Source: an uncultured delta proteobacterium (GTDB lineage Bacteria; Desulfobacterota; BSN033; UBA1163). Taken from it: 64,000 bases of DNA. Position numbers and translations under genes: made by a program. The number at the start of each line of letters is the position of its first letter. Position 1 is the first letter of the stretch. The notes under the pieces are model-generated. The model made no database searches. It was not told where the DNA came from and saw only the letters and a program-made list of their open reading frames with translations. This document shows, piece by piece, positions 9,369 to 18,644 of the stretch. The stretch is taken from assembly GCA_963827685.1 (NCBI GenBank), contig CAWHBU010000003.1, positions 288,001 to 352,000 of the forward strand, written 5' to 3'.

Positions 9369-10989
9369 CGGGCTGTTGCCCAAATGATACTTGCAACGAT
9401 TATACATTCGAGCTATAAGCATGGCAGCACAAATCTGGAATGGAGATATTGCCATGATGGGACAACAGACAGGAATTCAGCCGAAGATCTTCTATCATCA
9501 TATGAACCTGGAACAAAGGATTCCCCGGACACACCTTCTGAGAAGGATTCAAGAGCAGATTGACTTTAACTTCATCTATGCAGAGGTCAGAGACACCTAT
9601 GGGGGCAACGGGAATGTGTCCATTCCCCCTCCTGTAATCCTGAAGATGATGTTGCTGTTAGTTCTTTACAATGTTCGATCGGAACGAGAGTTAATGGAAA
9701 CGATCCCCATGCGTTTAGACTGGCTATGGTTTTTAGGGTACGACATAGACAGTGAGGTGCCGGATCACAGTGTTTTGAGTAAAGCCAGGGCGCGGTGGGG
9801 AGTGGAAGCGTTTAGGGGGTTCTTTGAGCGAATGGTGTGGCAATGTGTGGAGGCGGGGTTAGTGGACGGCAGAAAGATCTTTGTGGATTCGAGCCTGGTG
9901 GATGCGGATGCATCGAACAACTCCGTGATCGACACGCGATCGTTGAAGGTTCAACTCCAGGAGGGCTACAAGAAGCTGGAAGCACGATTAGAGGAAAAGA
10001 GCGAGAGCACGGATTCCTCCAGGAGATACGTTAAAGAGAACAGCCGATACATTTCAACGACCGATCCGGATGCATCGATAGTGAATCGTGGCAAGCCCAA
10101 ACTCTCCTATCAGGTACATCGGGCCGTGGATGAGCGGAGTGAAGTGATCACGGCGATCGAGACGACAACAGGAGATGTCAATGAAGCGCATGAGATGATT
10201 CCTCTGATAGAGAGCCACCGTTTAAATACAGGGATCAATGCGGATACGGTGGTGGCCGACAGCAAATACGGGACGATCGAGAACTTTTTGGCCTGTCATG
10301 ATAGAGGAGTAGAGGCCCACATGCCGGACTTGAGGGAAATCTCATTGAAGCGTACAGAAAAGCAAAATATCTTTGGGGAAGAGCGGTTTGAGTATGATCG
10401 GGAGAGTGACACCTATCGTTGTCCGGCTGGGCATCGGTTGAAGCCTAGATCATTACATATGAGTCGGCAAAGTAGAGATTACGCTGCACCCAAGAAGATT
10501 TGTGCAGCATGTGACTTAAGAGAGCAGTGTACTAGAAACAGATCAGGTCGGACAATTAAGCGACATCTGAGGCAGGAAGATCTAGACAGGATGCGAGAAG
10601 CGAGTCGATCGGCCAAAGCGAAGCGGGATATCAAAGTGAGGCAGCATTTGATGGAGCGTTCCTATGCCAGAGGGACGCGGTATGGATATGACCGGGCACG
10701 ATGGAGAGGGCTTTGGCGGGTGCAGATACAGGAATACCTGATCTCTGCTGTCCAGAACATTGAGGTTTTGCTTAGGTACGGATCTTACCTAAAGAGAAGT
10801 CCATCGGTGATGATGGAGCAGATCAAAGGGGCTGTGACAAGGGAGATAAGGTCCTTTTCAGATTTTAAGGAGCTAATGAACTCAAAAATTGGCCGAATGG
10901 TGCTATTTGGTTTTACTTACCCTCGGCTATCATTCATGGAAACTCAAACTGTCAGATATTTTTGAATTGGGCTTTTGAGCAACAGCCCG
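9369..10989 (+). mobile_element. IS1182-family insertion sequence
   Basis: Terminal inverted repeats CGGGCTGTTGCCCAAA / TTTGAGCAACAGCCCG; flanks TGAA/TAAA; empty site visible in copy B (CATCTGAAGATG). Confidence 0.85.
9454..10965 (+). CDS. IS1182-family transposase
   Basis: SERELME, PDHSVLS, VDSSLV, TTDPDA, ADSKYG, CPAG..C..C motifs. Confidence 0.9.
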   Translation: MMGQQTGIQPKIFYHHMNLEQRIPRTHLLRRIQEQIDFNFIYAEVRDTYGGNGNVSIPPPVILKMMLLLVLYNVRSERELMETIPMRLDWLWFLGYDIDSEVPDHSVLSKARARWGVEAFRGFFERMVWQCVEAGLVDGRKIFVDSSLVDADASNNSVIDTRSLKVQLQEGYKKLEARLEEKSESTDSSRRYVKENSRYISTTDPDASIVNRGKPKLSYQVHRAVDERSEVITAIETTTGDVNEAHEMIPLIESHRLNTGINADTVVADSKYGTIENFLACHDRGVEAHMPDLREISLKRTEKQNIFGEERFEYDRESDTYRCPAGHRLKPRSLHMSRQSRDYAAPKKICAACDLREQCTRNRSGRTIKRHLRQEDLDRMREASRSAKAKRDIKVRQHLMERSYARGTRYGYDRARWRGLWRVQIQEYLISAVQNIEVLLRYGSYLKRSPSVMMEQIKGAVTREIRSFSDFKELMNSKIGRMVLFGFTYPRLSFMETQTVRYF

Positions 10990-11054
10990 TAAAGATGTGA
11001 CCTATTACATTGTCCTCAATTGCCAGAGCATTTCTGGTGGGAAGGAGGATCATC

Positions 11055-11825
11055 ATGGGATTGTTAATATGTCTCGATGTTGGGTTCGGTGACGCTTCAA
11101 TCATACAGACTGATAAAGCCACATTCCTGATTGATTGCCACTCTATTTCGGACTACCAATCCTACCTGCCAAAAGAGAAGAATATTCGCGCAATTTTTAT
11201 CACCCACCAGCACAACGACCACTATTCTGGTCTGAACTACCTTCAGGATAACGGATATTCAATTGACTATCTAATCTATAGCCCATATGACAGGCGCCGT
11301 GGTGACAATAGTGTGACAATAGAAGAATGGAACGAGTTCAATTCTCTTAAAGACTCCTTCATAAGTAAAGGCACCAAACCCTACGCAGTGTACCGGCAAG
11401 ATAATTTTGACAAGCCATGGTGGGACACTGGTACAGGTGTAAAATTCTGGATCGTAGGTCCCGATGCGAGTGTCGCGAACACAGAAACGAGAGAGATTCA
11501 TGATGCATCACTAGTCATTGAAGCGGACATAGGAGAGAGGGTCTGCCTATTTGCGGGGGACGCTTCCGATATAAATCTTGAGTATGTAGCCAATAAAACC
11601 AAGAATTACTGTGACGATATTCTCCATGCGAGCCATCACGGCAGCTTGAACGGGGCGCACCTAGAGTTCGTTAAAAAGTCCAACGCTAAATATACATTGA
11701 TTTCAACAAAGGCCGGAGTTCATGACAACGTTCCTCATCCGACCGCTCTCAAACGTTATAAAGATTACACCGAACACGACGTTCGGAGAACAGACATTGA
11801 CCACACCTGGAGTTGGGAATTTTGA
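11055..11825 (+). CDS. ComEC/Rec2-like metallo-beta-lactamase-fold hydrolase 1
   Basis: LDVGFGDA, THQHNDH (HxHxDH), FAGDA, ASHHGS, PHP, RTD; AAGGAGG RBS. Confidence 0.85.
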   Translation: MGLLICLDVGFGDASIIQTDKATFLIDCHSISDYQSYLPKEKNIRAIFITHQHNDHYSGLNYLQDNGYSIDYLIYSPYDRRRGDNSVTIEEWNEFNSLKDSFISKGTKPYAVYRQDNFDKPWWDTGTGVKFWIVGPDASVANTETREIHDASLVIEADIGERVCLFAGDASDINLEYVANKTKNYCDDILHASHHGSLNGAHLEFVKKSNAKYTLISTKAGVHDNVPHPTALKRYKDYTEHDVRRTDIDHTWSWEF

Positions 11826-11889
11826 AAATGACGAGGAATGGGACCTGTTTACCTATTAAAAGAATAGAAGAATTAGAGGTGATAAAGAA

Positions 11890-12819
11890 ATGGAGGAATA
11901 TCTGAAAATTTGGTTTCTAGATGTTGGGCATGGGGATTGTGCATATATAGAAATGCCAAATGGTGCCAGAATGATGGTCGACTGCGGAGGTTCAGACAAT
12001 TGGGCTTTTAAATTACTAAAACATTATAAAATTACTAAAAAGGAGTCTCCAAATGCATGGGGATATGCACTTGATGAATTAGTCATATCACATCCCCATG
12101 GAGACCATATTTCAGATATTATTGGAATACACGACGAAATAGGGTTCAAATGGCTCCAAGGGGGTTATAGGAATTTCATTGATGAGATAAAACAAGATGA
12201 TATAGACTTCCGGAAAAGAAACAAAGACGCCGTGTTAAAATTTATTAGTGTTGTAAAAAATTACAATGCAGAATACAAAGTTGAAGAAGACCGCGTTGCA
12301 GCTGCTGACCCCCCATGTAAAGTTGAGTCAAAAAGGTTCCTTCAGTACGAAAAAGATATTGATCTAAATGAATTGAGTTGGTTTACAACTTTAGAAATCG
12401 GGGGTAAAAAGGTTTTGTTTACAGGAGATATGACTTCTGCAGGAGTGAAAAGAATCTTGGAATCAAAGAGAGCTTCTGAATTCAAGGAATTCTTGAAGAA
12501 AACGACAGTAGTAAAGGTACCACATCATGGGAGAGTAAATGGGTGCTCAAAAGAGATGTTTGAAGCTCTTGGAGATAAACCGCTATTATGTATTGCGTCG
12601 GACAAGGTTTTAGATAACACAAATGAAGGGACGTCGAATATTTCCTGGTATGGGGAAAATACAAGTGATGATTTGGTCTTGATAGATGGAAAAATGGAAA
12701 AGAGGAAAGTGCTTACTGCTAGAAAGGATGGTGACATTTATTTATCAATCTCTAAGGAAGGGGAAATAAGTGTTGTAACGAATTGTTTTAAAGATGTTCG
12801 AGAGAAAATAATGAGTTGA
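11890..12819 (+). CDS. ComEC/Rec2-like metallo-beta-lactamase-fold hydrolase 2
   Basis: FLDVGHGDC, VDCG, SHPHGDH, FTGDM, KVPHHG. Confidence 0.85.
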   Translation: MEEYLKIWFLDVGHGDCAYIEMPNGARMMVDCGGSDNWAFKLLKHYKITKKESPNAWGYALDELVISHPHGDHISDIIGIHDEIGFKWLQGGYRNFIDEIKQDDIDFRKRNKDAVLKFISVVKNYNAEYKVEEDRVAAADPPCKVESKRFLQYEKDIDLNELSWFTTLEIGGKKVLFTGDMTSAGVKRILESKRASEFKEFLKKTTVVKVPHHGRVNGCSKEMFEALGDKPLLCIASDKVLDNTNEGTSNISWYGENTSDDLVLIDGKMEKRKVLTARKDGDIYLSISKEGEISVVTNCFKDVREKIMS

Positions 12820-12858
12820 TTGTAGGGTGATTTGAAAAAGAGGAAGGTGGTGATTGTG

Positions 12859-13467
12859 ATGATAAACGAGGAGAAAAGTGTAGACTTTCTTTTAAAGGAG
12901 TATTCTGAAGCATACAATCACATGAGACATTACGATAATTTGGAATTGTCATTCATAAAATTTGTTTTTACTTTTGACATTGGAATCTTGTCTGCGTGCA
13001 TTACGATCTATAATTATTTTAAGGGAACTGAAAAAATTGTAGTCAAACCGTTAGGCATAATTTCGTTATTGGGTTTTGCAGTAGGGTTGATTTTTTTAAG
13101 TTTGTGTGTTCGAAACAGGGTGTATTTCGTTATAGTTACAAGGGAAGTAAATAGGATTAGGAAATACTTTAATGAAAATATGGAGGGAAAGTTTAATTTT
13201 GATGAGATGTACATGAATCCGTTGTATCCGAAATATTTTAATTTTATGAGTACATATTCATTAAGCAAGTATCTTATTGGTTTATTGAACGCGATATTGG
13301 CTTCAATAGGATATTCATTGTTATGGTGTGGAGTTTTAGGATTTAATGTTTGGGTTCTAATAATAAGTTTTTTGGTACAGACGGGATTTATTATTGTGTA
13401 CTTAAAAAATAAAGAAGGTAAAAAGGCGGATGAAGCAATCCATGGTGAAAAAGTAAAGGTAACGTGA
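12859..13467 (+). CDS. 4-TM membrane protein
   Basis: LLKEY...MRHYD leader helix, two TM pairs separated by an amphipathic linker; AT-rich. Confidence 0.7.
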   Translation: MINEEKSVDFLLKEYSEAYNHMRHYDNLELSFIKFVFTFDIGILSACITIYNYFKGTEKIVVKPLGIISLLGFAVGLIFLSLCVRNRVYFVIVTREVNRIRKYFNENMEGKFNFDEMYMNPLYPKYFNFMSTYSLSKYLIGLLNAILASIGYSLLWCGVLGFNVWVLIISFLVQTGFIIVYLKNKEGKKADEAIHGEKVKVT

Positions 13468-13516
13468 TATTTTCAAAAGTTCGATGGTAAATCTTAAAAT
13501 CAAAAAGAGTAATCAG

Positions 13517-13572
13517 CGGGACGGGTCTTGAATCTTGATGTTTATGAAATATCAAAAAGCAAGACTCGACCC
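13517..13572. repeat. REP-like hairpin, copy 1
   Basis: GGGACGGGTCTTG..TTGAT..ATCAA..CAAGACTCGACCCC; near-identical to 24418-24474. Confidence 0.75.
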
Positions 13573-13589
13573 CAGTTATAAATAACAAT

Positions 13590-13991
13590 TTACTCATGCC
13601 TGACCCCGTTTTTTTCACTGGGGACATCAAATTTTGAGCTAGTTGGCAAGTGATTGGCAGCATAATAAAACCCAAAAGATATAAGAATGCTAATGCAGGC
13701 TACTGGGAATGCGAGTGATTTCCCATGCCACAACCCGACAAACCAACGCCTGAACTCATCCATAAGCACATTTGCCTTTCCACCATAGAGTTCTAAATCC
13801 CGTAAATATTTCTTGGAATCTTCAGGCATAATCGGATAAACAGATCCACCTTCCTCTTCGTAACCCAAAACGCCGCTCGAATTATTCTGAGCTGTCTGAT
13901 AAATCAAGATGGCACTACCCAAACCAACCACCAGGATAATGGCGCTGATGAGATTAAGCAATATATGCAGATCTGCGATTTTCCATTTCAT
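13590..13991 (-). CDS. hypothetical 2-TM membrane protein, copy 1
   Basis: Near-identical paralog at 23901-24302; SKKYLRDLELYGGKANVL. Confidence 0.75.
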   Translation of the reverse strand: MKWKIADLHILLNLISAIILVVGLGSAILIYQTAQNNSSGVLGYEEEGGSVYPIMPEDSKKYLRDLELYGGKANVLMDEFRRWFVGLWHGKSLAFPVACISILISFGFYYAANHLPTSSKFDVPSEKNGVRHE

Positions 13992-14410
13992 GTTGTGCCT
14001 GTTTTTGATGAATACCGATTGATTTTGGAAAAAAGTATAAGAAAAGATGCCTTGTGGTGTCAATGGCCTGACCAGAGTGTAGCTGCCATTTGAAAAGGTC
14101 AAGTCCCGACCAGATTCACGACCAAGAATTACTTACTGAAACAAACGATTGATAAGGAATTTAAAAAGTAATAGATTACAATTGGTAATTCACAGATGAC
14201 CCAATAACTTCCCAAGCATTCTAAAATGCATTCCTCACCTCCGCATATTCAATTTGACCTCCGCCCCAGCCCTGACTTAAAGAAATGATCAAACTGTCAA
14301 TTTACCAAATTGTTACACATTGTACAAAAATGCATTGGGAGACTAAATCCATATTTTGTTCGTTTTAATTCCGGTTAATCAGAATTTTCTCAATATTAAT
14401 CAAAAAATTA

Positions 14411-14425
14411 TGGCACATTTGATGC
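14411..14425 (+). promoter_or_regulatory. sigma54 -24/-12 promoter
   Basis: TGGCACATTTGATGC has the GG-N10-GC spacing; AT-rich upstream region. Confidence 0.6.
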
Positions 14426-14524
14426 TTTTCGTTACTCATTACCGATAAATCCTATTGACACTGAATAAACCCTATTAACCGCTCGCTTTTAAAATTCTGA
14501 AATTCATGAAAGGAGGGAAAAATT

Positions 14525-14893
14525 ATGAAATGGATACCATTGGTTTTAGCGGTTTTTTTGATTTTTGGGGGATCTGCATCTGGAGCAACTCTATCCATTA
14601 AGGGTACGTGGACACCAAACACTGAGTATGACATGGCAGGGTATAATCTTTACCGGACTGATGGAACCCGGACGAAGATTAATGCCACTTTAATACCTTT
14701 CTTGACTGGTACCACGCCTACGGCGCAGTATAGTTTTACAGCTACAGTGTCTGGAGCCGCTGGAACAATGACATTCGTTATGACAGCTGTGGATACTTCC
14801 AACAATGAGAGCTTAGACAGTAATACGGCTTCATATAGTTATGACCTTGCTGCACCCGCTGCACCGAGGGCCCTTTCTATTGTCAAACAATAG
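14525..14893 (+). CDS. small secreted fibronectin-III-like beta-sandwich protein
   Basis: Signal peptide; WTPNTE.DMAGYNLY and FVMTAVDTSNNES motifs; AGGAGG RBS. Confidence 0.75.
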   Translation: MKWIPLVLAVFLIFGGSASGATLSIKGTWTPNTEYDMAGYNLYRTDGTRTKINATLIPFLTGTTPTAQYSFTATVSGAAGTMTFVMTAVDTSNNESLDSNTASYSYDLAAPAAPRALSIVKQ

Positions 14894-14941
14894 AATAATT
14901 CATCTCCTGATAAAAATGCATATTTAATCGCCATAGGTTAA

Positions 14942-14972
14942 GGGCAGAATCGGAATTCGCTCTGCCTTTTTT
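14942..14972 (+). terminator. intrinsic terminator
   Basis: GGGCAGA..TCTGCCT stem followed by a T run. Confidence 0.7.
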
Positions 14973-15127
14973 GTTTTCGCAGGTTTCAATCCGTAATCAT
15001 TAACTCCCAGATCAGCCTGCTACTGAAGATAGGGAGGTGTACTGGTTAGGCAAGAGGTAATTTGACAGGGTCTGTCAGATTAAGTATCGTTCAGGGCAAA
15101 TACAAATAATCCGTCTTCGTCTATTAA

Positions 15128-15290
15128 TGAGGACAAGAATCTAGGGGGCAGGTCAAAAACATATGACATGGAAACCTATGTTTGACATAGAAATTTGAGA
15201 GGCGTATTCTTTGGACCAGGAAGTGCCCGAGCACGGAGAGACACCGAAAAACATCGGATAAATTCATGACATCTGAAGATGGGACCCTAT
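15128..15290 (+). repeat. copy B (uninterrupted) of the promoter-carrying REP-like element
   Basis: Matches 9220-9368 plus 10993-11005; TTGACA (15182)-17-TATTCT (15205); followed by three CCTATTGYATTG tandem units. Confidence 0.8.
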
Positions 15291-15337
15291 TGCATTGCCT
15301 ATTGTATTGTCCCTATTGCATTGTCTCCTGCAGAAAT

Positions 15338-15368
15338 AAAAAAGGCAGAGTCATTTCTGACCCTGCCT
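15338..15368 (-). terminator. intrinsic terminator of the cupin gene
   Basis: AGGCAG..CTGCCT stem with an A run on the + strand. Confidence 0.6.
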
Positions 15369-15422
15369 CATGCCTTTTCATTTAATCTTAATTTCAACAA
15401 GATTTCTCTAAGTATTTAGTTT

Positions 15423-15800
15423 CTATTTTTTTACAGACCCCTTTGCATAATCTACCATACCTTGAAAGTCGACGACGACCACAGGCTCATCTCCAATAAC
15501 CCAGGCATCATGTCCCGCTCCAAGTAAAGAGACATCCCCTGTCTTAAAATCCCTTTCTGTCCCATCGTCCATTTTAACCCTTATCGTTCCGGATACGTGA
15601 TACTGGAAATGGGGAGCCCCACAACTTTTGGTATTTACTAAAGGCTTGACAGATTTAGACCATCTCCATCCAGGTTGGAATGTAGCCCGTCCTATCGTTC
15701 TCCCTCCAATATTTATGATTTCCAATTTTCCTTTATCGAATGTCCTCACCTCATCCGAGATATTAAAATTTTTCCCTTCCATTTTTGCCATCTTGATCAC
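15423..15800 (-). CDS. cupin-domain protein
   Basis: FQPGWRWS, C.APHFQYHVSG, GHDAWV motifs. Confidence 0.85.
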   Translation of the reverse strand: MIKMAKMEGKNFNISDEVRTFDKGKLEIINIGGRTIGRATFQPGWRWSKSVKPLVNTKSCGAPHFQYHVSGTIRVKMDDGTERDFKTGDVSLLGAGHDAWVIGDEPVVVVDFQGMVDYAKGSVKK

Positions 15801-16131
15801 CTCCTCAATCTATTGACTCATTTCTCCCCAGTCAAAATATGTGTATTCAAAACCCAAATGTCAACTAATTGTTGTTTAAAATCTGTTTTTGAAAGTTAAT
15901 TGTGGAGGGGATTCCTGAATGATGAGAGATATTGATTTCCATCTGAAATATTGCATCTTGGAGGGGAATTTAAAATTGAGGACTTCAGGAAGAAGTCACC
16001 AAGACGCTTGACAATGTCCGTAGGATTAAACCCTTTATAATAATGTGTGAAAATCAGGATTCGAGTTAACAAAAATTGGACAAAAAAAGAAGGCTCACAT
16101 GGGTCCTTCTTCGGAGACCTTCTCTTTCAGT

Positions 16132-17373
16132 TTAACGGTGGCCTCCGCCACCTCCACCGCCACCGCCATGGCCGCCTCCTCCATAACCTCCTCCATGGCC
16201 TCCTCCGTGAGAACCTCCAGAGCCGCCACCACTAAAGCCGCCGAAAGAACTTCGCCCGCCCATAGAAGGTGCGCTAAAAGACCTGCTTGGTAGGCTACTG
16301 AAGCTTCTGCTATGTGGTCTGCCAAAAGACCTGCCTGCGCCAGTCCCTGGCCCTTGAAAGTTTCGATATTGTCTTCCAGTATTGCCTGGTTGGCCGAATG
16401 CCCTGCCGTTCGCACTCCGGTTGAAGATGGAGGTAGCGCCTTTTCTGGCCTCCCGGGATACGAACCCACGGGAACCTGTTCCCCCAGGGGTGCGAGTTGC
16501 AGCCGTTCGGGTCGTCCTCGTTGTTGGGTCAACCCTAAGAGAGGCATGGGTCTTTGGGTCAATAAAGTGGTTGGAAATCAAATGATGACCGTGATGGAAA
16601 TGATGATCATGATGGAAATGATGAAAATCGTTCAGGATGTAAAAGCCAGGGAAGAAGAAACCAGAACACCAGAATGGATAAGGCACCCAGCCATACAGGT
16701 AGTAGTAATCCCACGGCGGCGGATAGTAAGTGACAATCGGCGGGCCTTCCTCATAGTAATAGTTGTCAATTTCCTGAGGCTGGGCGTATTCGCTACTTGT
16801 TGGGGGTTGACTCTCTGCATACTGACCGGACCCAGGTGCAACTGCTAAGCCGAACTCGGTTGTGAGCCCCTGGAATGCCTGCAAGGCCTCATCTTTTCCC
16901 ATGGGTAACTTCTTTAAGGCTGCCGCGGCAATCAAAGCGTTTTGCACCTGACCGATAATAATGGGAGTCATAGGATAATCGGCAATCCACCCGTTTTTCG
17001 GCGTAATACCGACCGAAGTCAGCATGTCTTCGGCCTGGGCCTCCGTTTCTGGCGTACCCAGTTTAAGGGCAGTCGCAAGCTTCAGCGCAAAATCACCTTC
17101 TGGTACAAGGGATTGTGAAATCGGAGGAACTTGCGTTGCCGTCCCCGTTGACTGTACATTAACCCCCATCTTTTCAGCAGGGGCTTCGGAAGGGGCTGTA
17201 CGCTCCTTTCTTCGCGTACTTACCTCTTCAACGCTCTCGCGATAAATAGCAGGAACTTTGCTATAATCATCCGTAAAGCTTACCACGCCTCTTTCATCTA
17301 TCCACTTATAAATAGTAGCCGATGCAGAGGAAGCGAAAATAAGTATGAATAAAATAAAAATGAGCTTCTTCAT
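16132..17373 (-). CDS. secreted DUF4124-like protein with Tyr/Pro-, His- and Gly-rich regions
   Basis: Signal peptide followed by IYKWIDERGVVSFTD; low-complexity C-terminal half. Confidence 0.75.
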   Translation of the reverse strand: MKKLIFILFILIFASSASATIYKWIDERGVVSFTDDYSKVPAIYRESVEEVSTRRKERTAPSEAPAEKMGVNVQSTGTATQVPPISQSLVPEGDFALKLATALKLGTPETEAQAEDMLTSVGITPKNGWIADYPMTPIIIGQVQNALIAAAALKKLPMGKDEALQAFQGLTTEFGLAVAPGSGQYAESQPPTSSEYAQPQEIDNYYYEEGPPIVTYYPPPWDYYYLYGWVPYPFWCSGFFFPGFYILNDFHHFHHDHHFHHGHHLISNHFIDPKTHASLRVDPTTRTTRTAATRTPGGTGSRGFVSREARKGATSIFNRSANGRAFGQPGNTGRQYRNFQGPGTGAGRSFGRPHSRSFSSLPSRSFSAPSMGGRSSFGGFSGGGSGGSHGGGHGGGYGGGGHGGGGGGGGGHR

Positions 17374-18524
17374 CTTTTTTCTCCATTTTGATTAAAAATA
17401 CATCATGCCTTCCCCCAGTTCAAATTCAACCCTTTTGGTTGATTCATTGCAACTCATTGGCCCAGCCTGATAAACACTCTCTAATTACTTTAGACGTATT
17501 ATTCAGTTTTTTATTCAACATTCTTCATACCTCGCGCTGCTCAACATCAATAATGACATCCTTGGTAATCAGTTAATTCTACCTTTGGAAAGAAAAGGAT
17601 GTTTGCCTTTATTATTTAACCCAGTCTGGATCAGCTTCGGATTCTTCTGTTTCCTTTGATTCACCTCTTTCTTGCCTAATTATACGCAACAAGAATATCC
17701 TTTCTGAGCCGGCAAACAAATAGGCCGAGTCTACCGTTGGTTCATCCTTCGGCAGCTCGGCCATCTTCTTCCCAAAAGATCCGCCGCTTTCCTTCCCTAC
17801 CTCACGGAAGGTTTGGCTTTATCGAGTGAGCCTCTACAACTATTATCTAAAGAAATCTTAGATTTGTCAAACAAATAATTGGTGATTTCCTTGGTTATTC
17901 TCTGAGGGTTGTTCCTCCTTTCCGGTACCACCCCGATCAGTTCATAACCCTTTGGATCACGCCAGCAGTGAAGTTCGTAACCTACCATACGTTAATCCTC
18001 TACTCACCTTTTAAACTTCTTAAACTCCTTCCTCAACACGTTTTTATCCGGATTTTCAATGCCGAGTCTCGGCTATCATCATAAGCTCCCATAACCACTC
18101 TATCTTTCTCAAACTTCAATATTTTAACGGAAGTCAAAAGGGAAAGAGATTTACACAAAAGTCTCGGGCTACTTCCCTAAAAATGTGAAAAAGGTCTCCC
18201 ACTTTTTATTGATTTCAGATTGAAATCTTCTAATTTAAAGGAAGGTTCAAGAATCAAGACTTCAGGAAGAATTATGCAAGGAAAACCACTCTTACTCTTG
18301 CCAGAATTGATAAAAAGGCCATATTGAACTTTATGCCTCCATACCCTTCTGGTCAAGGACATCAATCACGGTTTTGAGGAGCAGGAAGAGGAAACCCTTT
18401 TGCTCCTCAGTTAATGCCACAGCATCCTCCCCTTCATCATCCTCCATTAAAGCATCAGCCACATACTTTACCACATAGGGCTGTCTGGAAATCTGAACAC
18501 TGGCAACCCTATCGAGAAATTTTT

Positions 18525-18632
18525 CATGGGCCGATCCAACACGTCCCCAAACCTAATTCATAAGCCTGTAGTATCATGAATGAACAGGCCATGGACACAT
18601 CCACCGTATAAGCTGGCTGACCACAGGCCATG
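18525..18632 (-). pseudogene. nitroreductase internal fragment
   Basis: Manual translation [34 protein letters not shown] carries the nitroreductase LGLGTCWIG motif. Confidence 0.6.
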
Positions 18633-18644
18633 GTTGCCTTCGAT

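Noticed and set aside
11055-12819. Competence comEC or antibiotic beta-lactamase annotation
   Set aside because: No membrane competence domain, no signal peptides, no other com genes; motifs are ComEC-type rather than class B lactamase
7774-13516. Integron cassette array
   Set aside because: No complete RYYYAAC...GTTRRRY attC hairpins between genes and no IntI
16095-16848. Several overlapping ORFs (16095-16562, 16099-16293, 16312-16848)
   Set aside because: Shadow frames of the low-complexity Gly/His-rich gene
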